Below the pieces are notes generated by a model. The model had not been told where the DNA came from and did not search any database. It was given only the letters and a program-made list of their open reading frames with translations. The translations under genes were made by a program, and so were the position numbers. Source: Bacteroidia bacterium (lineage in GTDB: Bacteria > Bacteroidota > Bacteroidia > Bacteroidales > VadinHA17). From it: 22,227 nucleotides of DNA. The stretch lies in assembly GCA_026391215.1 (NCBI GenBank), contig JAPLDX010000115.1, positions 1-22,227 on the forward strand, given 5' to 3'. Positions within the stretch are counted from its first letter, which is position 1; the number at the start of each line of letters is the position of its first letter. Of this stretch, positions 10,101-17,875 are shown one piece after another.

Positions 10101-10506
10101 CAGAAGCATCTCCTCCTATCAGCTGGAGTTGCTTCATAAAGAAATCTCTGACTCCGTTATCTTTTTGTCCTGTTGCATAGGAAATACAAATCTTTTCCCA
10201 TGAAGACCTTTCATTTTCCTTTCCTTTCTGTGAAAGGTACCTTGAAAATGACTCTACTGCAAATCTTGGCCGGGTATCATCACCTGTGCCTGACGGGATT
10301 ATCTGATCGCAGATCTTTCTCATACCCTGATCGCCAAGCAACTGCATATCTTCCATCAGCTTATATGTATATTGAAGATCATTGGCGGGAAGCTGTGCAA
10401 GCAAATCGGCTATTTTTGTTTCCAGGGTCCGCTTATCCTGTGGGAAAGCTGTAAAAGATACCAGCAGTAAAACAAGAATGGGAATAAGTATTTTTTTGAC
10501 TTTCAT
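7111..10506 (-). CDS. Secreted HEAT-repeat protein with two C-terminal DUF1080 (3-keto-glycoside hydratase-like) domains
   Basis: Signal peptide; ~700 aa of Ala/Leu-rich helical repeats (e.g. L.D.DPAVRCAAAESLARI); two GF..LFNG..L..W / N(D)SG..R / E(Q)IQI.D / GEWN / I.L..HG....FR.I domains. Confidence 0.88.
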   Translation of the reverse strand: MKVKKILIPILVLLLVSFTAFPQDKRTLETKIADLLAQLPANDLQYTYKLMEDMQLLGDQGMRKICDQIIPSGTGDDTRPRFAVESFSRYLSQKGKENERSSWEKICISYATGQKDNGVRDFFMKQLQLIGGDASVEALKMYLTDIEICGPALGAITAIGGKTAETALAESLKNRDLPCAAAVMNSLAHINSQLAVNEYIWWISSENPDIKASAYHALAKSGSTQAYPVLLKAAKSNSFRWEATGATSALLTYAQSAGWKGDVATMDRVCKMLMKKCNEDQTVHYKTAALETYVRYHGPDAMNYLFKAAVHPDIKYRTAAINMPGYDREAEFIEKWIAFFPGAIPEAQPEILYMLGNRGGEKAIPLLTVSLKNDDPAVRCAAAESLARISGKKAVPQLIAYIMEHDTPEDQAAAVASLKITAGSSEILQLKPVLQSGSPAAKKSVIELMAWYKGQEYFSDVLSFTDSSDEGLKSVAFKALESLAGEKDQKDLIILLLKTDNAEYVSDVQSALVGAACKTADLQKRSSLILKALEGGEGKEKLVPVLAKTGGRDALAIVLKEFENGTPGMRQICFKALTSWNDHSASSALYEICASGNKTYEALAFEGYVQQITSASVPDEQKLLLLRKMMQYAFTPERKNEILAQLAQVKTYQSLFFVSGYLDDPSTSYTAAMSIALPSVGEKAGMYGLNVREILTKVVAILKGQESEYDREMISKYLETLPADEGFVSMFNGKDLDGWQGLVENPVARAKMKPAELSGKQAEADKKVPGNWTVKDGCIWFNGSGDNLCSIKEYGDFEMLVDWKISKEGDSGIYLRGSPQVQIWDTSRVESGAQVGSGGLYNNQENLSKPLKVADNPVGEWNTFRIIMIGEKVSVWLNGVLVVDDVTMENYWDRNIPIFPVGAIELQAHGTDLAFRDIYVREISDKEYNLTPDERAEGFAALFNGRNLDNWIGDKVSYVVEDGMIVIKPQKGSGGNLFTEKEYADFIYRFEFQLTPAANNGLGIRAPLEGDAAYAGMEIQILDNTDPVYADLQPYQYHGSVYGVIPAKRDYLNPVGEWNYEEVFMQGTRIKVTLNGTVIVDGDIAGPRDYGTMDHRDHPGLKNGSGHIGLLGHGSVLKFRNIRIKDLNLKD

Positions 10507-10531
10507 GTTACAACATTTTCAAATTTTCAAA

Positions 10532-11800
10532 TTATATTTTCCACGGATCACGCATTGGAGGATTGATAAGACGGTTGGCTGCGTCATCATCAATAAACTG
10601 CTGAATCACAGGATTATACTTAAGATTTCTTCCCAGTCTTAATGCTATCACACCAAGATTCACGATTGAACATGATCTGTGACCATTGGCTTCATTCAGG
10701 GCAAATTTCTTCCTGGTCCTGACCGCTTCAGAGAATGAAACTATCTGTGGTGCCGGATCGGGTAATGAATCGATGATCTGGTCCAGATCTTTTATATCTG
10801 ATCTGAATCCCCTGAATATCTTTCCGTGAGGACCCTCGATATATGCAGCGTTTTTGTCGCGGTTTTCTCCATCAAGTATCAGCTGGCAGCCATCCTCATA
10901 TGTATAAGTTATCCTCCGCCATGTTCCCACTGCATCATAATGCTGCTGGGGAGCATCAATTTCAACCGATACAGGGCCGGTGTCATCCTTGCCAAGAAGA
11001 TACTGGACGGGATCGAGATAGTGTTGCCCCATATCGCCGAGGCCTCCCCCGTCATAGTCCCAGTAACCCCTGAATTTTGAATGGACCCTTTCCGGGTTAT
11101 AAGGTTTATATGGAGCCGGTCCGAGCCAGAAGTTATAATCAAGTTCTTCAGGAACAGGTTCAGGTTTCAGATTGTGAAGTCCGGTCCAGTAAAATTTCCA
11201 GTCAAAACCGGTAATTCCGCTGACAGTAACTTTAAGGGGCCATCCCAGCATACCGCTGTTTATAAGCTTTTTAAGAGGCTTTACAGTAGTACCGAGACCA
11301 TAAAAATCGTCTTCAAACCGAAACCATGTATTAAGCCTGAACATTCTTCCGTACTTCTGAACAGCTTCTATCACTTTTATCCCCTCGCCTATTGTACGTG
11401 TCATGGGTTTTTCGCACCATATATCCTTTCCTGCCTCAGCAGCCATCTTTGCTATTACTCCATGCCAGTGAGGGGGTGTTGCAATATGAACAATATCGAT
11501 ATCATTCCTGGCAATCAGCTCACGGAAATCATGATAACCTGTAATATTTCCACCTGCCTGTGCAATTGCCTGATCAAGGTGGTTTTTATCAACATCACAA
11601 ACAGCAAGCAACCGGGTCCCTTCATATTCAAAATGGCCGCGGCCCATTCCTCCGACACCTATAATTCCCTTTGTCAGCTGATCGCTTGGTGCTGTATATC
11701 CCTGTCCTCCAAATACATAACGGGGAATTAATGTAAACGCGATAGCTGCTGAAGTGGTTTTTTTCAGAAAATCACGTCTGCCAGTTTTATTGCTTTTCAT
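10532..11800 (-). CDS. Tat-exported Gfo/Idh/MocA family oxidoreductase
   Basis: Twin-arginine RRDFLKK, GIIGVGGMG, IATPPHWH, CEKPM, WLGPAP, GGGLGDMGQH. Start taken at MKSNK (11800). Confidence 0.92.
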   Translation of the reverse strand: MKSNKTGRRDFLKKTTSAAIAFTLIPRYVFGGQGYTAPSDQLTKGIIGVGGMGRGHFEYEGTRLLAVCDVDKNHLDQAIAQAGGNITGYHDFRELIARNDIDIVHIATPPHWHGVIAKMAAEAGKDIWCEKPMTRTIGEGIKVIEAVQKYGRMFRLNTWFRFEDDFYGLGTTVKPLKKLINSGMLGWPLKVTVSGITGFDWKFYWTGLHNLKPEPVPEELDYNFWLGPAPYKPYNPERVHSKFRGYWDYDGGGLGDMGQHYLDPVQYLLGKDDTGPVSVEIDAPQQHYDAVGTWRRITYTYEDGCQLILDGENRDKNAAYIEGPHGKIFRGFRSDIKDLDQIIDSLPDPAPQIVSFSEAVRTRKKFALNEANGHRSCSIVNLGVIALRLGRNLKYNPVIQQFIDDDAANRLINPPMRDPWKI

Positions 11801-11834
11801 TGTTTTTATGGTTAGGTTGATAGTTGTACATAAA

Positions 11835-11862
11835 GGCGGCCGGAGAAAGGCAACCGGCTGCC
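11835..11862 (-). terminator. Intra-operon GC stem-loop (weak terminator or mRNA-stabilising element)
   Basis: Minus strand GGCAGCCGG-N10-CCGGCCGCC followed by TTTA, between the MFS stop and the Gfo start. Confidence 0.45.
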
Positions 11863-11880
11863 GGTATAGTCTGCAAAGTG

Positions 11881-13035
11881 CTATTTCTGCTTTTTCAGGC
11901 AATACACCGATACTGCCAGGAGATATATCATACAGATAATAAGAACCGACATGCCGATTGCGACATTGCTTTTATCACCTATCCATCCTATTAACAAAGG
12001 GATTACAGCTCCTCCGCAAATTGCCATCATCATCAGTCCTGATATCTCATTGCTCCGTTCCGGGTACTTCCCAATTGTTATTGAAAAGACGAGAGGCCAT
12101 ATATTTGCAACAGCCAGACCGATAAGGAAAACAAGCACCCAGGCAAGAGCTGGGGATTTGACAAGGATTATAAGTGTAAGGCATAATATACCCAGCAGTG
12201 ATGACCACATAAAGAATTTTGCCGAAGAGAACTTTGTCAGAATGATGGCACCTGCAAAAGTGCCAAGCATACGTCCGAAGAAATAGACGCTTCTGCCTGA
12301 TTCGGCTGCAGTCTGTTCTATACCAAATTGTTTTATAAGGAACTGTCCTGAATTTGAGTTGAATCCGACATCAACCCCTACAACCAGGAAGATGGAAAGT
12401 ACCATCAGCAGGATAAAACTATTACCTAAAAGTTTGAAAGATGAAGCAAGGGATGGTTTGAAATCCTGTTTTGATTCATCTATCTTGACAGCTCCAAGCC
12501 ACACTACAGACAAGATTGATACAATTCCAAAAACAAGGAATATCAGCTTCCAGTCGCCGAATTTCAGCGCAAAGAAAGCTGCTGCCGGAGCGCCAAGCAT
12601 CGATCCTATTGCCTTTACAAACTGTGAAAAGCTGAGAAAGCTTGACCGCCTTTCCCCCGGGACCACATCCACTAACAATGGATTTGCAGAAACCTGGACA
12701 ATGGTATTTCCGATACCAAGAAGGGCGAATCCTGCAAGCACCATACCAAATGAGTAAAAGAAGAAAGGCACCAGCAATCCAAGTGCCGTTACGCCCATTC
12801 CGACATTTAGCATAAAACGTTTCCCCAGCCGTGATTGCAGGACTCCCACAGGCACTGACAGCAGAAGAAACCAAAGGAACGCTGCAGAGGGTATCAGCTG
12901 GGCAAGTGTTGCGCTAAGGCTCATATCCTTGCTCACACGGTCAACGCCAATGCCAACAAGGTCAACAAAGCTCATAACGAAGAAAGCCATGAGAACAGGG
13001 GCGATCTTTTTCAGGTTTATTTTATCGGTGGTCAT
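11881..13035 (-). CDS. MFS sugar transporter (FucP/GluP/NagP-like)
   Basis: About 12 hydrophobic segments, FF.M.FVD.VG, GIGNT..QVS.NPL, SGLMMMAI.GGA.IP. Confidence 0.88.
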   Translation of the reverse strand: MTTDKINLKKIAPVLMAFFVMSFVDLVGIGVDRVSKDMSLSATLAQLIPSAAFLWFLLLSVPVGVLQSRLGKRFMLNVGMGVTALGLLVPFFFYSFGMVLAGFALLGIGNTIVQVSANPLLVDVVPGERRSSFLSFSQFVKAIGSMLGAPAAAFFALKFGDWKLIFLVFGIVSILSVVWLGAVKIDESKQDFKPSLASSFKLLGNSFILLMVLSIFLVVGVDVGFNSNSGQFLIKQFGIEQTAAESGRSVYFFGRMLGTFAGAIILTKFSSAKFFMWSSLLGILCLTLIILVKSPALAWVLVFLIGLAVANIWPLVFSITIGKYPERSNEISGLMMMAICGGAVIPLLIGWIGDKSNVAIGMSVLIICMIYLLAVSVYCLKKQK

Positions 13036-13053
13036 AAGTTCGAGATTCTAGAG

Positions 13054-13989
13054 TTACATTAACGGGAGAGCATGCTGGACAGATTTCCAGAAATCATCAT
13101 TAAGAAGATATGCGCTTCCAAAAAGGGCGGCATCCTCTTTAAGCTCAGACAGGGCAACCTTGCATTTGCAATCTTCTTTTTTCAGCTTCTCTTCAAAAAC
13201 TGCTTTAAAAAGATCATATGCATGCGAGATATTGCCCCCAATAATCAGTATTTCAGCATCGAATTTTTTAAGCCAGGGAGCAAGAAATCCACCCAGGTCA
13301 TTCCCGAATTCAGTAAAGAGGTCCGTGACGATTTTATCGGAAGAGGCCAGTTCAGAAAGCTCCTTGACGCCCTTCATCTCTTTCCCTGTAAGACTCTTAT
13401 ATCTACCAAGAAACCAGCGTGTTGAAAAATAGTCATCTGCAATGCCGTCTTTATACGGAAGATGATAGACACAGCCCAGCTTTGGTACATCGGGTCCGTC
13501 AACAATAGGGATCTTATCGCTTATGAATGCCGATCCGAAACCGGTTCCCAGAGTGACCGACATGGAACGGCTAAAATCTGCAGCTTTTCCTACCACCGCT
13601 TCTCCGACCGCAAAAGCCGAGACATCATTCATAAACCTGATAAGGAAATTTTCAGGGGCATCCAGGCTAAGTGATATTGCATCGGAAATATTGAATCCGT
13701 AAAGATTTTCATATTTGGCAACACCTCTGATATAACAGATCCCCTTGACGTAATCAAATGGTCCCGGCATGGCAAATCCGATACCTTTAACCTTTTCAGC
13801 GGGGAGCTTATTAAGAGCAGCAGAAAGCGCATCTGCCCAGGTATCTATAATAACACTGGCCTGTGCCTGATTGTTTACTGCTCTTTCAGATAATGTTTCT
13901 CTCAGAACCTTACCCGAATTAAGGTCAACTGCGGCACATGTAATGTGGCTCCCCCCGATATCAGCGCCAATTGCTAAGTTTCGTTCCAT
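13054..13989 (-). CDS. ROK family sugar kinase
   Basis: GADIGGSH, GIGFAMPGPFDY, F.ND..AFA.GE, TLGTGFGS, IIGGNI; no N-terminal HTH. Confidence 0.88.
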   Translation of the reverse strand: MERNLAIGADIGGSHITCAAVDLNSGKVLRETLSERAVNNQAQASVIIDTWADALSAALNKLPAEKVKGIGFAMPGPFDYVKGICYIRGVAKYENLYGFNISDAISLSLDAPENFLIRFMNDVSAFAVGEAVVGKAADFSRSMSVTLGTGFGSAFISDKIPIVDGPDVPKLGCVYHLPYKDGIADDYFSTRWFLGRYKSLTGKEMKGVKELSELASSDKIVTDLFTEFGNDLGGFLAPWLKKFDAEILIIGGNISHAYDLFKAVFEEKLKKEDCKCKVALSELKEDAALFGSAYLLNDDFWKSVQHALPLM

Positions 13990-14171
13990 AAATTAAATAA
14001 TAAAACCAGGTAAATAAATATAATAAAACCGGCTTTGAAAATATCATAATTTGTTGTCACTGCAAAATATATTTATACAAATCTGAAACAGCCTATTCCT
14101 GACAAACTGATTTTACTCATGAAATAAATGATAATATTATTTTAATTTTAAAGAAATAATAAAACCTATCC

Positions 14172-15476
14172 ATGCCTAAAGTAACTAAAGAAGATGCGCT
14201 TCTCTATCATAGCAGAGGCCGTCATGGTAAAGTAGAAGTGATACCGACAAAGCCATACGGTACCCAGTTTGATTTAAGTCTTGCCTATACACCCGGAGTA
14301 GCTTATCCGTGCCTTGAAATTGAAAAGAATCCCGAGGATGCATACAACTATACAGCGAAAGGTAACCTTGTTGCTGTAATATCAAACGGAACCGCTGTCC
14401 TGGGACTTGGAGATATCGGGACCCTGGCAGGGAAGCCAGTAATGGAGGGCAAGGGACTCCTGTTCAAGGTTTTTGCGGATATTGATGTATTTGATATTGA
14501 GGTGGATACAAAAGATATCAATAAATTTGTAGAAACAGTCAAGCTTATTTCACCCAGCTTCGGGGGTATTAATCTTGAAGATATTAAAGCTCCTGAATGT
14601 TTTGAGATAGAGGAGCGTTTGAAAAAAGAACTCAATATTCCTGTTATGCATGATGATCAGCATGGCACAGCTATTATTACAGGCGCTGCTCTGACAAATT
14701 GTCTTGAAATTGTCGGGAAAAAAATTCAGGAAATTAAATTATTTGTCAGTGGTGCCGGAGCAGCTGCATGTGCCTGTACTAAAATGTATATTAATCTCGG
14801 CGTGAATCCTGATAATATTATAATGTCCGATATTAATGGTATACTCACAAAAGACAGAAAAGACTTAAATAACGGCAACAAACAGTTTGCCACTAAGAGA
14901 AATGTACGTACAATAGAAGAAGGTATTAAAGGGGCCGATGTATTTCTGGGATTATCTGCAGGTGGAGTCTTAAAAAAAGAAATGCTTATGACAATGGCTG
15001 ATAATCCCATTGTTTTTGCCATGGCAAATCCTAATCCCGAAATAACCTACGATGATGCCAAAGCTTCCAGAAATGATGTTATTATTGCAACAGGTCGTTC
15101 CGATTATCCTAATCAGGTCAATAATTTACTGGGATTCCCATATATATTCCGCGGTGCGCTGGATGTGAGAGCTTCTACAATTAATGAAGAGATGAAGCTG
15201 GCTGCTTCCAAGGCCCTGGCAGCACTTACCCATGAACCTGTACCTGCCGCAGTGCTGAAAGCATATAACATTGATAAGCTTACCTTCGGGAGGGAATATA
15301 TTATCCCGAAGCCTCTTGATCCAAGGCTTATTTCATGGGTAGCATCGGCTGTTGCAAAAGCTGCCATGGATACAGGTGTGGCAAAATACCCGATTAAAGA
15401 CTGGGATGCATACAGATCAAAACTGGATAAAAGGTTAAGCGAACATATAAATAAGATAGGAGAACTCATTATATAA
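14172..15476 (+). CDS. maeB: NAD(P)-dependent malic enzyme, MaeB-type catalytic domain only (no PTA domain)
   Basis: [80 protein letters not shown]. Confidence 0.92.
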   Translation: MPKVTKEDALLYHSRGRHGKVEVIPTKPYGTQFDLSLAYTPGVAYPCLEIEKNPEDAYNYTAKGNLVAVISNGTAVLGLGDIGTLAGKPVMEGKGLLFKVFADIDVFDIEVDTKDINKFVETVKLISPSFGGINLEDIKAPECFEIEERLKKELNIPVMHDDQHGTAIITGAALTNCLEIVGKKIQEIKLFVSGAGAAACACTKMYINLGVNPDNIIMSDINGILTKDRKDLNNGNKQFATKRNVRTIEEGIKGADVFLGLSAGGVLKKEMLMTMADNPIVFAMANPNPEITYDDAKASRNDVIIATGRSDYPNQVNNLLGFPYIFRGALDVRASTINEEMKLAASKALAALTHEPVPAAVLKAYNIDKLTFGREYIIPKPLDPRLISWVASAVAKAAMDTGVAKYPIKDWDAYRSKLDKRLSEHINKIGELII

Positions 15477-15790
15477 CCCCCGGCGCTTCGCGCCATCCTC
15501 TAAAGGATAAATACCCCCGCCGCTTCGCGGCACCCCCTAAAGGACAAATACCCCCGGCGCTTCGCGCCACCCCCTAAAGGACAAATACCCCCGGCGCTTC
15601 GCGGCACCCCCTAAAGGACAAATACCCCCGCCGCTTCGCGGCACCCCCTAAAGGGGGTTAAAAACCCGGGAATAATTAAAGTAACAGATGGGTTTATGGC
15701 CCCCCTTCAGGGGGGGATGGGGGGTGTTTAATTATGGTTTATAGTCCCCCTTGGGGGGGGATGGGGGGTCGATTAAAAGTTTGGGGGGCA
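15472..15790. repeat. Structured intergenic element, copy A: 5 x 37-bp hairpin units plus a multi-hairpin G/C-tract tail
   Basis: Unit AAATACCCCC-G(G/C)CGC-TTC-GCG(C/G)C-ACCCCCTAAAGGAC. GCTTCGC cores at 15485, 15522, 15559, 15596, 15633 (period 37). Tail CCCCCC-TTCA-GGGGGGG-AT-GGGGGG is partly duplicated. Confidence 0.95.
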
Positions 15791-15791
15791 A

Positions 15792-16514
15792 TTAAAAGAT
15801 CTGTGATGTCTTTTTGCGTTCCGCAATCTGCTTGCCTATCTTCTTTTCATACATCAGAACAATAAGATCGGCGCATTCATCAATATTGAATGAAAACCGG
15901 TTTATTGTGGTATCAAAAAGGAAATCGATGTTTACTGATTTCTTTTCGAGGAATGTAGTGATTATGTTATGACGTCTTTCGTCAGTGTCAACAACATATT
16001 CTTCAGCCGCCTCAATATCCATTTCTTTCTTTTTCATCACATTCTCGACCCTCCAGTAAAAGGGTGCTATCAGCCTGACATGAAGTGAATCGGCAATATT
16101 ACGGGCTAAGGAGACTCCACCCCTTCCGACCATAACAATATAACCATCTTTGCACATGGAGATCACAACATCCTTGACGGCTTTTTTCACCCTTTCATCA
16201 CTCACAAATCCTCCTGAAAACGCCATTATCATTTCTGACATATTGGATAGCTCCATGCCTTTATAATAATTCTCAACACGCTGGGAATCTGTATTCAATT
16301 CTTTTGCAATTGCATAGATAATATCCTTATCGACCCATTTCCATTTATTTGTACCGCTTTTCCGGTTCAAGCTATTTACAACACTTTCAGCGATCTGGCG
16401 TGCATCACATCCTGTTTGACGTGATATGGTAATAACCGGTCCTTCATCAGTCCCGCTCTTGCTTAGAACCGATTCCCTGTACCGGCCATCAAAATAATCA
16501 AAGAATTTTTCCAT
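15792..16514 (-). CDS. Cytidylate kinase-like family protein (Cytidylate_kin2)
   Basis: VITISRQTGC, D.DI, V.VGRGG, LHVRL.AP..WR, D..R, FD..IN. Confidence 0.85.
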   Translation of the reverse strand: MEKFFDYFDGRYRESVLSKSGTDEGPVITISRQTGCDARQIAESVVNSLNRKSGTNKWKWVDKDIIYAIAKELNTDSQRVENYYKGMELSNMSEMIMAFSGGFVSDERVKKAVKDVVISMCKDGYIVMVGRGGVSLARNIADSLHVRLIAPFYWRVENVMKKKEMDIEAAEEYVVDTDERRHNIITTFLEKKSVNIDFLFDTTINRFSFNIDECADLIVLMYEKKIGKQIAERKKTSQIF

Positions 16515-16749
16515 ATTACCTGTCTCCTTTTTTGGATAATGAATTAAAGATGCTGAAACTCAATATTTGTTAATAGCTATAAATAAGCAACTTATCCCGT
16601 ACAACCAACGGATGGGAACAACATTGATCCCAGGGCAATCCAATAAGGAAAAATAACAGTTAAAAGTTACGAAAAAAAATTTAAAACTTAAAATTTTTTT
16701 ATTGCACGCAACTTTTATCTTCTTTATAATATCATTATAAATGAATAGT

Positions 16750-16757
16750 TACTTTTG
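16750..16757 (+). promoter_or_regulatory. Bacteroidota -7 box (TACTTTTG) upstream of the lipoprotein gene
   Basis: Exact TAnnTTTG match 40 nt upstream of ATG 16798 in an AT-rich intergenic region. Confidence 0.55.
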
Positions 16758-16797
16758 TTAAATCGGCCCGATTTTTGATGGTGACTCAGGGGGATTT

Positions 16798-17334
16798 ATG
16801 AAACAGTCAATAAAAAATATACTCTTATCTGTCATTGTTATACTCCTTATTTCTGGGTGTAAAAAGAATGATATTCAGGATGATACACAACAGAGGATCC
16901 TTTTTCAGTATGATTATACAGGGGACACACAGCATTATGGTTTTATCGTAGATAATAAAGGGAATATCTATACATACAATAATCCTGAATACTGGAATTT
17001 CCCTGACAAGGACTTTGAGATCAGCCTGAATCAGGCTGAGAAAATTAGCGATAAATGTGTTTTTTCGGGTAAGAAGATTCAGCCTGATGAGTTGATGAAA
17101 TATGCCAAATTCATTGAATTTATTGCTTTGAGCAAAGTCACAGCGCCCAGGAATACAGGTTCTAATGAAGGTATAACCCAATATATATGTTACCATTTTT
17201 CAGAAAGTACCCAAACCTATTCAGGTCATCTGATAAAGACAGAGGGTGATGTAACAAGGGAAAACCTTAATTTCCATTCCAAAAAAGTGTCTTCGTGGAT
17301 GAAAGAAATAGGTGAAGTGATATCTTTTGAATAA
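16798..17334 (+). CDS. Hypothetical lipoprotein
   Basis: MKQSIKNILLSVIVILLISGC lipobox; no family recognised. Confidence 0.75.
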   Translation: MKQSIKNILLSVIVILLISGCKKNDIQDDTQQRILFQYDYTGDTQHYGFIVDNKGNIYTYNNPEYWNFPDKDFEISLNQAEKISDKCVFSGKKIQPDELMKYAKFIEFIALSKVTAPRNTGSNEGITQYICYHFSESTQTYSGHLIKTEGDVTRENLNFHSKKVSSWMKEIGEVISFE

Positions 17335-17416
17335 TACATGCCTTGCATATTTCCGCGATTTTCTTAACTTTACTTCCTGCAAGCAATTATCACAGTTACA
17401 AACTAAACTATACATT

Positions 17417-17869
17417 ATGAGCGAATCTATTTTTTCCAGACCTGAATTAATCTGGTTTATTATAGGATTGGTTCTTCTCCTCCTGGAACTGATAATGCCA
17501 GGATTTGTAATATTCTTCTTTGGAGTTGGAGCCTGGATTACAGCCCTTTTATGCCTTTTTACCGATCCCGGCATAAATGTGCAGGTTATCGTTTTTGCAG
17601 TGACATCTGTCATTGCTCTGCTGGTTTTCAGAAAAATGATCCAGAACAAGTTCATTTACAGCAAGAATGACCGGTCTGAAGCTGTTGAAGATGAGTTTAC
17701 AGGAAAAGAAGCTGTTTCAGCAGGAGATTTCGGAGCAGACAGAAGAGGGAAGGTCGAATTCAAAGGCACTCAATGGAATGCTGAATCTGAATCTGACATA
17801 AAAGCCGGACAGACCGTAATAATTATTGAGAAAGAAAATTTTAAATTGATCGTTGAACCTAAAAAATAA
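17417..17869 (+). CDS. NfeD/YbbJ family membrane protein
   Basis: W.IIG.VLLLLE...PGF...FFG.GA, G.V.FKGT.W.A.S...I..G..V.I; adjacent to an SPFH gene. Start taken at MSESIF (17417). Confidence 0.9.
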   Translation: MSESIFSRPELIWFIIGLVLLLLELIMPGFVIFFFGVGAWITALLCLFTDPGINVQVIVFAVTSVIALLVFRKMIQNKFIYSKNDRSEAVEDEFTGKEAVSAGDFGADRRGKVEFKGTQWNAESESDIKAGQTVIIIEKENFKLIVEPKK

Positions 17870-17875
17870 AACAAA

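Noticed and set aside
11081-11731. Long antisense ORFs (also 18229-18867, 2275-2739, 17972-18445 and other short ones)
   Set aside because: They lie opposite well-supported genes and show no recognisable motifs.
15472-15660. CRISPR array (37-bp palindromic repeats)
   Set aside because: Units are head-to-tail with period equal to unit length, there are no unique spacers, and no cas genes are in the window. The same holds for 18843-18955.
16560-16660. Possible riboswitch or leader RNA upstream of the CMK-like gene
   Set aside because: Only weak, bulged pairing (ATCCCGT/ACGGAT) and no recognisable aptamer consensus. An Rfam scan would be needed.
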